Source of the DNA: Thermoplasmata archaeon
Lineage (GTDB): Archaea; Thermoplasmatota; SW-10-69-26; JACQPN01; JAJPHT01
Reading direction: 5' to 3'
Assembly (NCBI GenBank): GCA_034667685.1
Contig: JAXDQU010000001.1
Coordinates: 1-15,971 of the forward strand
DNA length: 15,971 nt
The notes beneath the pieces were generated by a model. It had not been told where the DNA came from and did not search any database. It saw only the letters and a list, made by a program, of their open reading frames with translations. How positions within the stretch are numbered: the first letter of the stretch is position 1; each line of letters starts with the position of its first letter. The position numbers were made by a program, and so were the translations under genes. Shown here piece by piece: positions 15,478 to 15,971 of this stretch.

Positions 15478-15971
15478 GCCCGCCCCGCCCATGACTGGGC
15501 ACGACGACGCGACCGGGCGCGCCGAAACGCGCCTGATTGGGCCTCGTAGGGGCTTTTGGCGCGCTTCTTGCCGAGTCCTCGAGCGCAAGCAGCGATCGCG
15601 TCGGGCGCTCGTGGGAAGTACGCTCGATGTCGAGGAGCGCGGCGCGTGTGCGCGCACACGCTCTCACACCGTGAAGGCCCCCACCCACAAAACGAATAGA
15701 GACTTCATGCACGCATTCGGCTTCTCTCCGAGCCGAGCCCGGCCGCTGCGCCCACGAGTACCCTGGCGGGCACCCGAGCCGCGCAAGGCCGCCTCGGCGC
15801 CACGATCCAACCCGCCAAGGCACCGCACAGCGCCCTCGCGTGCAATCGAGCCTCGTGAGCCAACGTCGCGCCACGTCGTGCAAAGTCCAGGCGGAGCGCG
15901 TTCCCGCATCGGGAAGAACCCTGGAACGCGCGCGTGCGCGCGTACGTGCGCGCACGCGTACTCACTCACTG

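Larger units (their letters stand above)
13327..15971. mobile_element. Probable left end of an integrated mobile element, extending beyond the window
   Basis: Intact integrase with more relaxed codon usage, then about 1.1 kb lacking convincing host-like genes but rich in short direct repeats and palindromes. No att pair can be confirmed; boundaries are approximate. Confidence 0.45.

Noticed and set aside
14994-15969. Several overlapping short ORFs at the right end
   Set aside because: None shows host-like codon bias or recognisable motifs, so none can be chosen with support.

Overview
High-GC window that looks archaeal, most likely Thermoplasmatota-like (inferred from class III signal peptides, dense N-glycosylation sequons, a tRNA without encoded CCA, a PGF-CTERM-like tail and a zinc-ribbon tyrosine recombinase). 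The left half (191-8530) holds three co-oriented type IV pilin-like surface proteins of 1687, 383 and about 646 aa. In each, the pilin-type scaffold appears split by inserted domains; the largest carries a ~1000-aa nested beta-propeller cassette that its neighbouring paralog lacks. Next come an islet with atypical codon usage (36-aa micro-ORF plus a DUF6338-like membrane protein), an Lrp/AsnC regulator with phased upstream repeats, a coupled pair of secreted proteins on the minus strand, tRNA-Glu(CTC), a small beta-rich protein and a Cys-rich secreted protein. The right end holds a ~125-nt highly structured element, a tyrosine integrase and an origin-like region, probably the left end of an integrated element. 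Family names are from memory of sequence motifs, not from searches.
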